This document shows positions 62,060-64,000 of a DNA stretch of 64,000 bases, one piece after another. Location: NCBI GenBank assembly GCA_965205975.1, contig OZ242195.1, positions 1,984,001 to 2,048,000 on the forward strand. Direction: 5' to 3'. Below the pieces are notes generated by a model. It was given only the letters and a program-made list of their open reading frames with translations. It made no database searches and was not told where the DNA came from. Each line of letters opens with the position of its first letter. Within the stretch, counting starts at the first letter, position 1. Origin of the DNA: Candidatus Latescibacterota bacterium (GTDB taxonomy: Bacteria > Latescibacterota > UBA2968). The position numbers and the translations under genes were made by a program.

Positions 62060-63544
62060 ATGAAAGTACTCGTCATAGGTCTGGATTGTGCGGCACCCGA
62101 ACTGATCTTTCAGCGATTTCGAGATGACATGCCCACCATCGGCAATCTGATCCAGACCGGGATTTTCGGCAATCTCAAAAGCACCATTCCGCCCATCACC
62201 ATTCCCGCCTGGATGAGTATGGTAACGGGTAAAGATCCCGGCACGCTGGGATTTTACGGGCTGCGCAACCGCGCCGATTACTCCTACAGCCGTCTATCTA
62301 TTGCCAATTCATCTCTCGTACACGACGAGACGGTTTGGGACATTATTTCTGCTGCGGGCAAAAAAGTAATCCTCGTTGGCGTGCCCCAAACCTATCCCCC
62401 CCAGCCAATCAACGGCTGCCTGATAGCCTCTTTTCTCACACCGAGCAACGACAGTCCCTATACCTATCCCGACAGTTTAAAAACCGAAATCGAGCGCGTA
62501 TCCGATGGCTACATCATCGATGTACCCAATTTTCGCACAGATGACAAAGCGCGCTTGCTCCGCGAAATTTACGCCATGACCAAAAAGCGATTTCGCGTGA
62601 CCCGGCATCTCATGCAAACCCGCGAATGGGATTTTTGCATGCATGTAGAAATGGGCACAGATCGCATCCACCACGGATTCTGGCGATTTCTGGATCAAAC
62701 CCACCGAAAACACGATCCCAATTCCGAATATGTGAACGCAATCCGCGACTATTACCGATATCTCGATAGTGAAATCGCATCTCTAATCGCTCTAACTGAT
62801 AAAGACACAGCCATCCTCCTCGTCTCAGACCACGGTGCCAAGCGCATAGATGGCGGCATCTGCATCAACGAATGGTTGATCCGCGAAGGGTATTTGACAC
62901 TAAAAAAATATCCCCAGAAGCTCACGGCTTATGAGGATCTCGAAATCGACTGGACAAATACCACAGCCTGGGGTGCAGGTGGCTATTACGCGCGCATCTT
63001 TCTCAACATTACCGGACGCGAACCAAAAGGCATTGTGCCCCCCGAACAATACCAGAACTTATGTGCTGAACTCTCAAAAAAAATCGCGGACATCCCCGAC
63101 GACAAGGGCAATCCCCTGCCGACACAGGTCTTCAAACCAGAAAATATTTACAGCACTATTAACAATATCCCGCCCGACCTGATCGTCTATTTCGGCGACC
63201 TGCACTGGCGTTCTGTTGGCACAATAGGCCATCGCGCCATACACACCCTTGAAAACGACACCGGGCCAGACGATGCCAACCACGCCCAACACGGTATCTG
63301 TATCCTCAAAGACGGCACGCACACCGGCGAAAAATACAATCTGGAAATACGGGACATCGCACCGACCATACTCGGCCTCATGGATATGCCCATTCCCGCT
63401 GACATACAAGGCCAGGCAATAGTCAACACCCCTTCAACGCAGGTACCATCAGACGCACAACCTTCACACACGGACGACGAGGTCTATACAGAAGAAGAAA
63501 AAAAAGCACTTGAAGATCGGCTCAGAGCGCTGGGATATTTGTAA
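62060..63544 (+). CDS. Alkaline phosphatase superfamily / type I phosphodiesterase-nucleotide pyrophosphatase
   Basis: VIGLDCA, STIPPIT.PAW...TGKDPG, TDRIHH, VSDHG and C-terminal RLRALGYL. Confidence 0.88.
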   Translation: MKVLVIGLDCAAPELIFQRFRDDMPTIGNLIQTGIFGNLKSTIPPITIPAWMSMVTGKDPGTLGFYGLRNRADYSYSRLSIANSSLVHDETVWDIISAAGKKVILVGVPQTYPPQPINGCLIASFLTPSNDSPYTYPDSLKTEIERVSDGYIIDVPNFRTDDKARLLREIYAMTKKRFRVTRHLMQTREWDFCMHVEMGTDRIHHGFWRFLDQTHRKHDPNSEYVNAIRDYYRYLDSEIASLIALTDKDTAILLVSDHGAKRIDGGICINEWLIREGYLTLKKYPQKLTAYEDLEIDWTNTTAWGAGGYYARIFLNITGREPKGIVPPEQYQNLCAELSKKIADIPDDKGNPLPTQVFKPENIYSTINNIPPDLIVYFGDLHWRSVGTIGHRAIHTLENDTGPDDANHAQHGICILKDGTHTGEKYNLEIRDIAPTILGLMDMPIPADIQGQAIVNTPSTQVPSDAQPSHTDDEVYTEEEKKALEDRLRALGYL

Positions 63545-63551
63545 TTGTCTG

Positions 63552-64000
63552 CTAAAAAACCCGAAAACGCACAGGCAAAGGCGGCATCCCACCGTCCTGT
63601 GTCGTAACAAAACCGCCAACGGCATTGGCTTGCTCAGCGCATATCTGCATTGGTGTCCCAGCGAGTAAATGCACGACAAATGCCGCCGTAAAAGCATCGC
63701 CAGCACCCACCGTATTCACGACCTGTTGTCTTTTCCCCACCGCCTGCCAAATGCCCCCCTCACTCACAATCCGACACCCGTGCTCTCCCAGCGTCAAAAT
63801 CACACATTGCAGGTCAAAACGCACACAAATATCTGTCAAAAAAGCATCCACATCTTCTTCCCCCCCCACATAATCGCGCAGCAGAACCACTTCCTCGTCA
63901 TTTAACTTCAGCACGTCAGCGCGTGCTATAGACTCTCGCACAATCTCATAAGTGTGATGGTCCTGGCGAAAATTGACATCGAGTACGCGCAGACAATTCG
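63552..64000 (-). CDS. PfkB family carbohydrate kinase, 5'-truncated by window edge
   Basis: LDVNFRQ upstream, KLNDEE, TLGEHG and NTVGAGDAF. Confidence 0.9.
   Translation of the reverse strand, partial: NCLRVLDVNFRQDHHTYEIVRESIARADVLKLNDEEVVLLRDYVGGEEDVDAFLTDICVRFDLQCVILTLGEHGCRIVSEGGIWQAVGKRQQVVNTVGAGDAFTAAFVVHLLAGTPMQICAEQANAVGGFVTTQDGGMPPLPVRFRVF

Overview
A gene-dense 64 kb bacterial chromosomal window with about 50 CDSs and no rRNA, tRNA or CRISPR array recognised. PorV-like, GWxTD, C25-peptidase, cohesin/dockerin-LRR, HEAT and PhyH genes suggest an FCB-group bacterium, possibly Latescibacterota/Gemmatimonadota-like and host-associated (inference). In order, it holds: a methylated-amino-acid catabolic operon; hairpin-delimited accessory modules (FMN reductase, HigBA-like TA pair); a TonB receptor/secreted protein/PorV/GWxTD/transporter operon; sigma-54-type cohesin-dockerin-LRR genes; a BlaI/M56-TonB pair; a PIN TA pair between direct repeats; nadC and uvrB; small-molecule catabolic genes; and a glycan-biosynthesis operon ending in a gingipain/PorU-like peptidase. 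The standout is 32522-36362 (minus strand). An ECF sigma factor with an ECF-type promoter is followed directly by a single ~1050-aa ORF that is a miniaturised, collinear RpoB-RpoC fusion. It keeps the DFDGD Mg2+ motif, the beta-side catalytic residues, the rifampicin pocket, clamp helices and bridge helix. It appears to lack the flap, the beta' Zn finger and the trigger loop. All family assignments were made by eye from motifs; no searches were run.
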